A stretch of DNA of 52,668 nt, the filler included, from Streblomastix strix (Eukaryota): NCBI GenBank assembly GCA_008636045.1. It is 2 parts of 2 records of this genome, joined end to end, with 100 filler letters (N's around TTAATTAATTAA, not from the genome) between each part and the next. Parts side by side here need not be neighbours in the genome. Positions count along the whole stretch, not along the records: positions 1 to 26,313 come from SNRW01000169.1; 1 more part is not named here. One strand, given 5' to 3'. How positions within the stretch are numbered: the first letter of the stretch is position 1; every line of letters begins with the position of its first letter. Positions 1 to 12,206 of this stretch are shown one piece after another. The notes below the pieces were generated by a model, which ran no database searches, was not told the origin of the DNA, and saw nothing but the letters and a program-made list of their open reading frames with translations. The position numbers and the translations under genes are program-made.

Positions 1-209
1 AATATTTATTAAATAATTTTTTAATTAAAATCAGCGAACCATTTTAAATTTGTAGCCGCTAGTACTCGAAGAATCGACCTAAATTTTTTTCTAATGATTT
101 TTTTCCATGACAATATTTTTAATTTACATTTACGAAAAATGTTTATAAAATTAATTTAAACATTTTTAAATAAAAAAATTGTTAATGTTTATTCTGGTCG
201 GATTCATCC

Positions 210-2600
210 ATATTATCATTCATTCCACCAAACAACACGTTAAAGTAGTTCGTTGAGAAATTTGGTACTATAGGTATAAAATTAACAAAAGGTGTATTTC
301 CACATGGATCATTCAATTATGATAACTATAAATAGGTGTTAGGACTAACAACTCCATTTACTAAAGATGATTTCTATGACAAATTTAATAATAAAAACAT
401 TAGTAATGAAGATTATGAATAATATGTTAATGATTTTACTAATTTTGAAAGCAGATGGGAGTATTTAAAGCATTATAATATCAGAGATGTTACTTGCATG
501 ATTAATCCAATCAATCATCTTATTCAAATTACATGGGAAGAGAAAGTCGATATGTTAGGATGTATGTCATTAGCTCAAATTGCTAGTTAAATTAGATACA
601 AGTATTGTTATGATAAATTCGATATCAATGCAAGTTATAACATAGTTAATGGATTTGAATAATTCGAGGTTACTTAATACTGGTGGAATAACAAAGTCAA
701 AGGATATATTAATCAAGATGAGTTTGCTAAGAGGAATACAACCAATAATGTTACTGAAGATGATATTGATTGGATTAGAGATAAAGTAGCAGGTGAAACA
801 TGCCATCTATGTCGCAACGAATTCACTAAAGAAAACAAGCCAACATTAGATAGAATTGATAATTCAATTGGTCACACAAAATAGAACAGTTAACTAGCTT
901 GTTAAATATGTAACACAGTTAAGGCCGATAAAGATAATGATATTATGAAATTAAAGATACAATTAATGAAATATGCTATCCATGAACATCTACCTATGAC
1001 CATTAATAATGAGTCTGTATATAATATGTTAAAGGAATGTATGTAAGGTGGACTGTCTAACGTGTATCACTAATGTAATTTGAAAGGTATCACATCTATT
1101 AACAAACTTAGATATAATCACGTTACTAAAACAATAACTTCATACGATAATTAGTACGTTGTTACTCACATCCTTGATTTAGATTTCAACTCTCTCTATC
1201 CAAGTGTGTTTAGTGGTATCTTCAACAAAAATAACCATTATACAAATAATCGAATATATCAAGCTGGTGGATTAACTAATTACTTCAAATGAACATCTAA
1301 TAATTCAAAATAGAAAGCTCGAGATATAATTATGAGCTCAGATCGATACACTGACAAAGGATAGCTATTCTGTGTAAAAATTAAAGGTCATATTGATGAA
1401 AAATGGATAAATTCACACATAAATTTAGCACCTATATGGAGGAAATTAACATATAACAATTCAATTGAATAAATAGGTGAATTTATGTACAATAAGATGA
1501 AATCATAGGGATTAACTGTTGATAAACCTACTACAAAACTAACTTCATTGCTATCAACGCACAATCAATATATGTTTCTCACTAGTTATATTTTATAGTT
1601 TTTGATTGACTATTGTAATTTAATTATTGATGACATAGATTCAATTGCTCTATTCGATAAACACCTTGGTTTTGAATCATTTGCCTGTACAATGATGTCT
1701 AAGAGATAGGATGCAATTAGTCAACATAATGACACAAAATCACTATACTACAAATAGATTGTAAATAGCGCTTTTGGAGGTGAGGGATAAAATAATGTTA
1801 AATTTGATAAGATATCCTTTAACAATGCTCGACAAGCATCACTCAAATAATTGAAACAAGATCATAAAGCAACAAGGAAATTAAGTATTAATATATACAA
1901 TTCTGATGGGGAAGTTATTGATGAAGCATAATATATGGTTAGTGAGTCACTTAGATAATTTAAGTGTAATAAGCCTCTTCAAGAAGCTGTATTTACATTG
2001 GACAATAGCAAGTTTTGGTATCTAAATTTTGTATACAACTTCCTCTATAAATGTATCGATATGGATAGGGTTCATTTCTGTAATAAAGATACTGACTCAA
2101 TGTATTTAGCTATTGCAGGATCAAAAATTGAAGGTTATAAATAAGGATTGAAGTATGCAATCAAAGACTAGGTGTTCTATGACCTGCACAATAAAGATTG
2201 ACTTCCATGGAATGATTGTACTGTTGCTGAAGAGAAGAAATTAATGGGTCTCACTACCGAGTCATAAGGAGAAAATATCGTTTGTCTAGCACCTAAATGT
2301 TATAGTGTATTCAATGGAAATGAACAAAATGATGGCATAGTTTCATTAGTGAATCGGATGAAAGGAGTAAGTGAAAAGAAGGCTAATTTAACAACTAATG
2401 ATTACATTAAATGCTTGAATGATGGATGTAACATCAATGTGACAACTAATAATTTACAGATGAAAATGGGTATAATGTCTATGATAACTATGGAAAAATC
2501 AGCACTTACTGGAATTCATAATAAGTTGGTTGTATTATCTAATGGATGTTGTGCTCCATTCATGTAAGGCATAAATGCTGATCATTACTTAATTGAGTGA
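210..2600 (+). pseudogene. Protein-primed family B DNA polymerase, C-terminal ~800 aa (5'-truncated copy 1 of the solo-pPolB element)
   Basis: One frame with TAA/TAG=Gln: KGVFPHG, ExoIII HYNIRDV, HNH insert, MQGGLS, motif A LDFNSLYPS, motif B KQIVNSAFG, motif C DTDS, LAPKCY, KGV. TGA at 2598-2600. Internal TGAs at 1290 and 2199 where copy 2 has Cys and Trp. Confidence 0.93.
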
Positions 2601-2699
2601 TTATATCACTATTTTTCATGATTAGTGTCATAGGATTTGTGGGCATAAATACCGTGATAAAAATAGTTGTCTATGTTAATAAAATACGCATCATTTTGT

Positions 2700-2882
2700 T
2701 GTATTGTCATTTGGCGCGGAGATTATAGGGTTTTGTAGATATAGTCATTTGACGTGGAGATTATGAGTACAATTTCCATGGCTGAAATGAGCCTTAGTGC
2801 TGATAGTGAATTGGCGCGGATATTATGATTACAAATAGCGCGGCAGAATTAGTGCACTGTGGTTCCGTCCATATATATTATT
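2700..2882. repeat. Remaining terminal inverted repeat of solo-pPolB copy 1
   Basis: TTGGCGCGGA..TTAT ... ACAAATAGCGCGGCAGAATT ... CTGTGGT ... TATATATTATT matches the TIR at 18240-18314. The TTGGCGCGGAGATTAT unit occurs three times (one degenerate). Confidence 0.85.
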
Positions 2883-2908
2883 ATCCATTGATTATGATAG
2901 AGAATTAT

Positions 2909-3458
2909 ATGCGTTTTTCGAAAAGAATGACAACAGCTCAGCAAAAAGAAATTGAAAGATATGTTCGTCGATATGATCCTACGATAAATGTAGATGACAC
3001 ATTTGTTGGTATACGTGGCTTATTAAATGCTGCTTCCAGAAGAGGATTGTAAGGTGATAAATTCACTAAAGCTATGATAGAATAAGTAATTGAAATGTAG
3101 ATGAGAGTTAATGCTGAGGATCAACTAATATAATAAAATTTTATCGATAATTCTTAAAGATATGATTTATATATAAAGGCAAGACTTGATTAAGCTTCTA
3201 TGGAAACTGCTCGTAGAACTCCTGTTATAACACAAGAACAAAATAATAATGAAATATTTAATAGTGGATCACAAAAACAAAAAGAAAAAGTAAATCAACA
3301 ATTAAGTTAAAGCTATCCTATAGAATTTTAAGAACTTCTAATTTTAAAATTAAGCTTACTCCACAGCTAGCAATCAGAACATAAACATAATCTCAATATA
3401 TCAACTAACATAAATGCTAATAGAAACCATATATATAATAAATATGAATGATTGTTTG
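2909..3458 (+). repeat. Internally deleted copy of the repeat at 22183-23238, with a coding fragment of unknown function
   Basis: 3015-3339 aligns with 22184-22508 (GLLNAAS...NSQRYDLYIKARLDQASM...FQELL) and 3340-3458 aligns with 23120-23238. Confidence 0.85.
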
Positions 3459-3899
3459 CCATAGTAATTTGTAAGTTGGATGGAGAAATTGTCCTACCTG
3501 TAGGTTGAAGGTTCTGGCTCCGATGATGAAGAAGAAGAAAATGAATTTGAAGATTTTTTATATCGAATCGAAAATTTAAGTGACTCTATTAATGATTGAA
3601 AATAAAATGTTTACGTTGAACAGTTTCTCGTTTTCCGTTCAGTATTTTATTTATGCTCAACTTTTTTTTGTTAAACGAACGGCAGAAAATAATTATGAGT
3701 ATTACAGAATTATGATAAAATAATGAAGAAGAATAATATTTAAGATGAATTTATTAAATAATATGAAAAAAATAAAAAATTGTTTCTGTTTTAAACGAAG
3801 GAAACGAAGCGACATGTTTTTCTTCTGGTAATTATTTTAAATTATAAAGGTTTGTTCTGAACGAAATAAATTATATAAAATTAAAAAAATAAATCATTA

Positions 3900-4510
3900 G
3901 TAAATTACATTTTAATAATAAAGAAAAACCAGTTGAAATCAAGCTTTAGCCAGTTCCTTCTCAAGAGCAAACATTTTATCAAAATCTTTCTTAGCACGAT
4001 CACGATTCGCAACTTGAAGCTGCATCATAAGCTGAGCTCAGTCCAAATTCATCTTCGTTGATTCAGTCATTGCTTTCAATTGGAGAATAAGCATAAAAGA
4101 ATGAAATCGAAAAGAAGAAGAAAATCGATAAATAGAATAAGCTAAATAATAATAATAATAATGAGTCAATTTCCAACTCAATATCATATTCATAGTAATT
4201 GAATGAAAATGCTCTTCTTTCTCTTCTCACTTCACCACACTCAAGATCTTTGCTTTACTCGCCATCTTCATCTCCAAATAGATTTACTTCTCTACTATCA
4301 AGCTTGCCATAATAAAATTATTATTATTAATAATAATAATAGGATAATATGAATTAATTGGAATAAGCTCGTTTTTTGCTTTCAATTGCATAGGTACAAA
4401 CATTTCCAAGATAAATTCGATTTATCCCAAAACATAATCCAATAATGCATATCATGAAGTTGTTTGCTTATCAGAACACAGCCAAACAAATTATTCCGAA
4501 GATCTGTTGA
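3900..4510 (+). CDS. Low-complexity Ser/Gln/Asn-rich hypothetical host ORF or exon
   Basis: About 200 codons open when TAA/TAG=Gln (KEKPVEIKLQPVPSQEQ...SPSSSPNRF...IIPKIC*). No family recognised, start uncertain. Confidence 0.45.
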
Positions 4511-5025
4511 TTTCTCTCTTATGTTTCATGTAAAACTTTTATATTTCAAATAAATGCAAAGGTGCATGAAATATTATTCATATCTGTCAACAACTATTTA
4601 ATTCATTCATTTATATACATTATTGCCATCGATTTTAAGATGTTTCATTCCAACGCAGTTTGCGCTGTTGTTTACTTGTAGGATGATGTTATTTGTATAG
4701 AATGCATTGTGCAATTTGTTGATCTATCCATAAATTGCAATATATTAATTAGGAATTGCTCCGTGCTCGGTTGCAACTATCATTAACTTATTTTCGAGTA
4801 CCACTCTATTAACGACTGCCGCAAACTAAATTACGACTCTTGCACATTGATTAAATAGTGTTGCAAATTGCCTAATAACTTCCATAGGCAGAATTATGAT
4901 AAGAGATAATCTTTCAAATTAATATTTTAACCATCTATATAGTACTTTGTGCTTATAATATAACCTTCCATACATATCAAATATTCTTTATTGTTTTAAT
5001 TTATTTTCTTTACATATTTTTTTAG

Positions 5026-6594
5026 AATGAATTAAGACAATCAATTACATTAAATATTCTAATATATTCAGTCCATTATTGAATCAAATACGATTAATGA
5101 TGAAGAGAAATAAAATAAAATAAAAGAAATATATAATGAATTGAAAAAGAAAGATCGTAATGAATTAAAAAATATATTTAACATTGATGCATTCAAGTTA
5201 ATTCAGAAATACATTTATGATTGTAGAAGTGGAATAGAGAAGATTCTCTTATATATTATTGAATTAGTTGCAAAAAAAGAAATATAGATGTATTAAGGAG
5301 ATACTGGTCCTATTTTCAATGATATTCAGAGATCTGGATTCATTAATAAGATTGAATAGCTGATCAAAGATAAAATAGAAGAAGAAAAGGAATAAAGTAA
5401 ATATTTAGTTGAAGTGGAACAATTAATAAGAATTTATATTCAAAAAATGAAAAGAGTATCTGATAATGAAATGATTAATTCTTATATATAAATTATAGAA
5501 AAGAATATAAATAATTTATTAAACATAATAAATAAATTAAAAGAAGAAAATAATAAAAGAAACAAGAATGAATAAGAAAATGAAGTAATGGAAAGAGAAA
5601 TGAAATAATCAGCTTAATTAATTAAAGTTATTTATTTAATTAGAAAGTAAGATCCGAATAGCCATTATATCGTGAATAGAATTCCAGATCAGATTATTAA
5701 GATTGTGAAAGAAAGAATATATCCACTTATTCATCTCAATTGCCCTCCAGATATCAATTGCTAATAATGTATCAATATTCCGCATTCTCCAGCTATAATA
5801 GATTTGAAATCTGAAGTGTTCTTTCTCTTTCTGAAGTTTAATATAATTAATAAGAATTCAAAGACATGTTAGTTAATGATCATAATATTATTCCACACCT
5901 TACTCATTCTCTTATTCAGTTTGCATCCTAATCTCAATTCAAAAAGAAAGCAAACTCAATTTAATAATTCAATTAATAATAATCAGAATCATCCTCTTCC
6001 ATTTCACTTATTACTTCCTCTCTTTATTTTCTTTTAAAACTAATCAAAAATAATAATAATCACAAAGAAGTGATTAATGTACCAAACACACTCCATTCGC
6101 TTTCTACTCTTACAAGATACAAACTCAATATTCATTTCAATTAACAATACAATGAATAAACATTATCAGTTAGAAGCAGCAGCAGAAGATGTCTTGATAA
6201 CATTCAATCTTGTGGTGATACATCTGTTCAATCAGAGCTTGTGAGTATTGGATATGCTAGAGTATTTACATTTGCATTTAGTACTGCTAGTGGTTCTGGA
6301 GAAGAAGAAGATTATGAGATCTATTATAGATTGAGTTAAATCTCATAATTCTTCAGTAATCTTAATAAAAGGAGAAATAATTTAGCAACATTCCCACCTC
6401 AACCTCTTCTTGCTCATAGATCAGATGAGCAAATAGAAGAAGAAGGTGCTAATGAAGAAATAGATTCATAATTAATTAATAATGGAATAGTATTTGGTAT
6501 ATAAATCAAGAATGAAGCAAGATAGGTCAAATGAGCAATACTTAACTGCTTCATAGAATAGGGCAATACAACACCATATTGGTATAATTAATGA
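5026..6594 (+). pseudogene. Member of an expanded hypothetical host protein family, frameshifted
   Basis: C-terminus QSELVSIGYARVFTFAFSTASGSGEEEDYEI...FPPQPLLAHRSDEQIEEEGANEEIDSQ resembles, from recall, a large Streblomastix multicopy family. Frameshift near 5820-5870 and in-frame TGA near 6532. Confidence 0.65.
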
Positions 6595-6849
6595 GTTTGA
6601 TTCATTTCACACATGTTTACTTGTTCAGTTGTACAATCCAATTATTTGAACATTTTTTTGATTATTTATTTTCATTTCTCTTTTTCTTTCTTTTACTTTT
6701 TCAATTATTTCATTTTCATTCTAATTCTTTATATTTATTTATTTGCAAATATTAAAAGAACTTTTTAATCATACACTTTCACTTTCAATGTATTAATAAG
6801 ATATTAAATAAAAAGCGAATAATGCAAATATTACAACTGCTATGAAAAT

Positions 6850-9790
6850 GAAACAATAATAAGTTCTATAATCAATTCTTTGTTAAAACTATTTCCAAAA
6901 TAGTTCTCAAAATCCAACAAGAAGTTCTTCAACTTTCTGTGATTCCTTTTAAGTCAGTTTCCATTTCAAGCTGATCATTGTTGCACATCTAATTGGTCCT
7001 GCTCTCTCGTATATATGAACTTTGATGGTCTTATATTGATCAGGATTTGAACTTATAATCATTAATACATTTAACACAAATATAACAGATTTTTTTTCTT
7101 AATTGAGTTGTTTAATTATCTCATATTATTAATATTCTTATCTATTTTCACTTTATTCTTGATTTATATTGATTATTATATTGATTATTTGTATGTTGAA
7201 TATTTTATTTGTTTATATAATTTCAAATAATCTATTTTTTATTTCATTTTTATTAATATTTAATTCGGATTATATTAATTATTTTAGTTTAATAATATCT
7301 TATTAATCTAATTTTAATTTATTTTCATATTCTTATGATATTTAATCAGTATTTGGAATAAATTAAGAAAATTAATCTTAATTTATTTCTGAAATACTAA
7401 AATCATATTTAATATCAACTTCATCTTTATAATCATAATTAATATTACATTTATCAATATCAATTTATGTGTTACTATCATTATTATTTATTAAAATGCA
7501 TTATTATTATATTTCATTTTCTTTAACCTTGTATCTTTTAATATTTAATTGTTTTATAATTATTTCTTGTTTATGAATATTGGTATTTAAATCATTAACT
7601 ATCGAGGATTATTAGAATATTGAATTAAAAAAGAAGTTTATGAAGAAGAAGATTAGGAAGAATTGTCTGATTAAGTACTGCTTTATAAAAAATGAGATTA
7701 ATAATGTGTTTAATACATATCATACTTATATTTATATTCTTAATTATATCTTATTATTAATATATTTAGTTATTAATCAATCAGATATGACTATTTCTTT
7801 GAGAATGTTGATTGATAAAATGTATATTTGTACATTTATTTTAATTATATTAATATCCAATACTTCATTCTATTCACTTTTATTCTAATTTTCATTTTAA
7901 ATCATATCTTTTTCTTCAGTTTCCTCATTAAAACACAATCTGCTAATTTAGTCATCTTTATCTACAGTAGACATTTAGAATACAGTTTTGCTCATTCTTT
8001 ATCCTTTCTTATTAACAACAGACACACATTCATCTCCAGTAAGTAAGAATATTTCTCCATTTTGGAAGAGAATGACTACTACTCCATTGGATAGAAAGGA
8101 TTATTGATGTTCCTTATCCTTGGATCATTCTTTCTATTTATTGTGATTGTTGGTTAATTTAGTTGATGTTGAAGTTGATGTTGTTATATTTTTTATTATT
8201 AATATTAAGATTGTTTTTATTAATCTAATTATTCTGCTTAATCTTATTATTATTATTATCCTGATATTTATGGAATTAATGAATCAATAACTGATGAAAC
8301 TTATTCTGGAAATTAATTTAAGCTTGATTTTCTTCTAATTTAAATTCCATATCCTTTTTTCAGTCTTAACTTCATCAAATGCTTATTATTATAAATTAGC
8401 ATTTTATTATAATATAATATTTCACTGTTTAAGGTGATGGATTAATTACATTTCCTTATGGACTATCAATTCTCTTTTCTTAATCTACAATATATTTCTC
8501 TTTCAATTATCTTCTTTCTCCTTCTTCTTCTTCATGAATATACCTCAGAGTATGTCTAACATCCATTGTATATCCATGAATCTATGTATTAGATGTTTAA
8601 TATGTGCGTTTGAGTTACAATATGTATCTATAGCCAAAATCTCACAGAATTGACAACATATAATCAATCTCAGTAATCAAGCTTCATCATCAAGTATTTA
8701 TCTTATTATTTATTGATCTGATTGTTAATCAAGTTAAAGGAAGAAATAACTGCTTTAAGAGAAGTCCTCATCGCAATCTGATTGAGTGAGAGTATCAACA
8801 TGTTATGCGAAGATATCTTCTTATGCGAAATATATCTTCAATATCTATATTATATTCTTGTGTTCTCCATTGCATATTTGTTTCTATTTTATTTATTCTT
8901 ATAATTGAATACCTGAGATATGATATATTCTGTGATTGTGAACATAATTATGAGAAAAGAGATGGAATTGTGTGATCCATCAATACTCTATAAATATATT
9001 ACATTATTATTTCATAATTTAATCTTCTTCAGTTCATCTTTTCTATTAAGTTAAGCTGCATATGCATCAGGAAAAGGTTTTGATCTTGGATTATATCTCA
9101 TATTGTATCTATCTGCAATAGCTCTGTGATATGTAACAGTAGATACAACAGAATCAAGTGTTTCAACAAGTACATTAAATGCATGATTATATCCATTACT
9201 AATCAATTATTCATCGTTACCTTACCATTCAATACGAGTTTATATACCATCTGATAAAGTTGCACTGAAAATACCAGCTCCATATTGTTATTTATTCTTC
9301 AATCCACTTTAAAGATCTCATTTGTTTACTAATGTCATAACTATCAGATTATATAAATGAATCTCTATTTGTTTAGAAAGTAGAAATAATAATTGATATA
9401 ATGAAGTTGGATTAACTAATGGTAATAATAATCCCAAAAGTCATATATCAATTTCTTAATCATTTATTATCAGTTTTTAAATCCTTTATTGTGATTAAGG
9501 AGAAGTTACCCTTCATTATAGTCTAGATTAAGTTATAAATTGCTTTGATGTATCTTATATAGATTTATATGGATCTATTTGGAGTGGTTGTATCTCATAA
9601 TTTCATTATTCTTATTCTACATCTTATTCTTCTATTATAGTTTATGATTCTGATTTAATAATTGATAATAATAATTCAGTAGATTATTATGATATTATTT
9701 ATTATTCTTTATTATCTTAACTTATTACAGACCCAGATTGAGGAGAATACAAATCCGACTCAATTAGAGATTTATTTGCTGAAACAATGG
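6850..9790 (-). pseudogene. Decayed large Gln/Asn-rich hypothetical host gene
   Basis: Long protein-like stretches on the minus strand (e.g. AFNVLVETLDSVVSTVTYHRAIADRYNMRYNPRSKPFPDAYAAQLNR) broken by several TGAs and shifts. No family recognised. Confidence 0.45.
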
Positions 9791-11998
9791 TGATACTTAT
9801 TTAAGAATATAACTCAAATATATAAAAATGTGCAAAGTATGTGATTTAAAAGTTTCATAATATACAAGTTTATTTGGCAATTGAATTTGTTTGAATGAAA
9901 TAAGATCAACATTTAAACAGATTATTGCCAAATATTGATTTAATCAATATCACCAAACTCTCATAAATCACATAAATTTGTTATAATAATTAATAAAGAA
10001 TAATTTAATCTCGAAAAGTTAATTGCTTAATTCATGAAATAAATTATATTTATAATTATTTTCATTAATCGAATATGAAAATCAATACTGCTCCAATTTC
10101 CTTGTTATTGATGAGATATATAACTACATCATTTTACTGAAGTAATAGTAAAATAATATTCATTTAATATTATACATATTAATAATCAATTAAACAAACC
10201 TCATTCACTTACTCATGTTAATGAATTAACTATTTACAAACATATGCAATATAGAGTTTTTTATATTAAGGTTCAGAAATATCATTTGTTAAGTATTGGA
10301 CAATTGCTAATATGTTTCCAAATGATGCATTAAGAACGACATCTGCAAATTTCTTCTCAATCCCTATTGAGATCAAATCATTAACTGCTTATTTTGCCGA
10401 AAATCACTTCAGTGGATTGATTATTTAGAATTAACTATTTCGCATGATCATGTAGATTAATTATATAATATTAATATAACTTTTTTTAAGAGTGATGTAT
10501 TTTGTGTGAAAAATAATATCTAAGCATATTTGAATCATAACTAAGATAAAAATTAAGAATGAAGATTATATTTTTTATATTTTTTCCGGCAACGGACCAT
10601 CATACTTGGTTTATCAGATAAATGTCTTATAACATATATATGATTATAAAGAAAACATTTATTCAACAATTAATTAGCGAATGAGCCAATATTTACATTT
10701 TTTTGGAATGATTAAATATAAAAGAATTCAAAAAATGCAATTTTTCGGGTAATTCATATTTTATTTTGACTAGTAAATGTGGCAATAGCAGTAAAAACGA
10801 TAATGGAAGCCAATTATTGTATAATCGTAATTTGGTTTGATAGATTCACACGAATTTTCCTAAATTGTATCCTCTCGCCCTCCCCGATGGGAGGCATTTG
10901 TGCTTATCATGCCAAGTTCGTTCAAAAGAACAGCAAAAATGCAAGAAGAGCAATCAATCCGAATGTCCTTTAAAAGTGAAATCGCAAAAAAATAGAAAAT
11001 CATGAAAATATCTGTAAATTGCAAAGTTTCATACGCTAGCCCAAAAGGATTACTTGATTCAGGGACTTTTTGTTGGCCAGTTTTTGGATCTATTACACAC
11101 ATTGTTGTTTTTTGTTGAAAATCAAAGATTTTGATCATCCCCACAGGTCATATTTATTTTTTTGGAATTTAAATCAATTTAATTAATTGTGTAAAAATAC
11201 GTTAAATATCATATATTTCAAATTAATTCCGAATGAAATAATATTTGAATTGTCCTAAATGTTTTGAAATTTGAAGAAATTGAAAATGAAAAACGAATTA
11301 AATGGTTATATAATCTATCTTTTAAATCATTTCAATTTTATTATATTTGCACATTAATATGTAAATATTAAATAAATTTTATATCAATTACTAATTTTTA
11401 AACTATCCATGTAAAATATTTTAAAAAATTTATATTGTTTAGAACTTTCAGAATGATCTAAAATTATATTTTAATCGAAATTATAGTTAATTTATAAAAT
11501 GTATAATAATATTTAAGAATTTAAATTGATAAATTAAAATATAATCATACTCGATTCTCTGGGTAGTCCCAGATAAAAATCTTTTCATAAAATTTTTTTA
11601 CACAGAATATAAAATAAAAATTTGTATACAATTTCAATATTTTGATATTTGAAACTATATAATAATAAACACATATAGTAAATACTCCCGAGAATGTAAT
11701 TGCTAAAGAAGAATATAAATGCATTGGATATGGAGAAACGAGTCATTTTTAATGCAAAAAAAATTTTATACAACAGTTTTTCCAGAAACTAATTGAATAA
11801 AAATTGAAAATATATATTTTAAATTTAAAAATTATTTTAAAATGTTATTATAATTAATTTCATATCACAAATACAAAAATATATTATTTATTTGAATTCA
11901 TTCCAAGATTTATAAAAATTTATTTGATTTAAAGGATGAAATTTATGCTGAAACTCACAATATAATTCATAAAAATCTATTGAAATTTTATTTAGATA

Positions 11999-12185
11999 AA
12001 TAATATATAGGGACTGTACCACAGGGCTTTAATTCTGCCGCGCTATTTGTACCCATAATCTCCGCGCCAAATGACTATTACAACTAAGGCTCAATTCAAC
12101 ATTGTGAGACATAAATGATATAGACAATTCTAAGCAAACATCCATGCCACAAATTAGCTCAATTCATCAATGTGATACACATTCA
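11999..12185. repeat. Left TIR of the solo-pPolB element
   Basis: AATAATATATAGGGACTGTACCACAGGGCTTTAATTCTGCCGCGCTATTTGTACCCATAATCTCCGCGCCAAATGAC... is the reverse complement of ~18127-18314 with few mismatches. Confidence 0.95.
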
Positions 12186-12206
12186 TCATAAAAAATAACA
12201 ACATCA

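Noticed and set aside
1290..2201. TGA recoded as Trp or Cys
   Set aside because: The in-frame TGAs match different residues in the paralogue (Cys, Trp), genes terminate at TGA, and frameshifts co-occur. Decay explains them.
4550..4960. Minus-strand ~100-codon open stretch
   Set aside because: No recognisable motifs or clear start.
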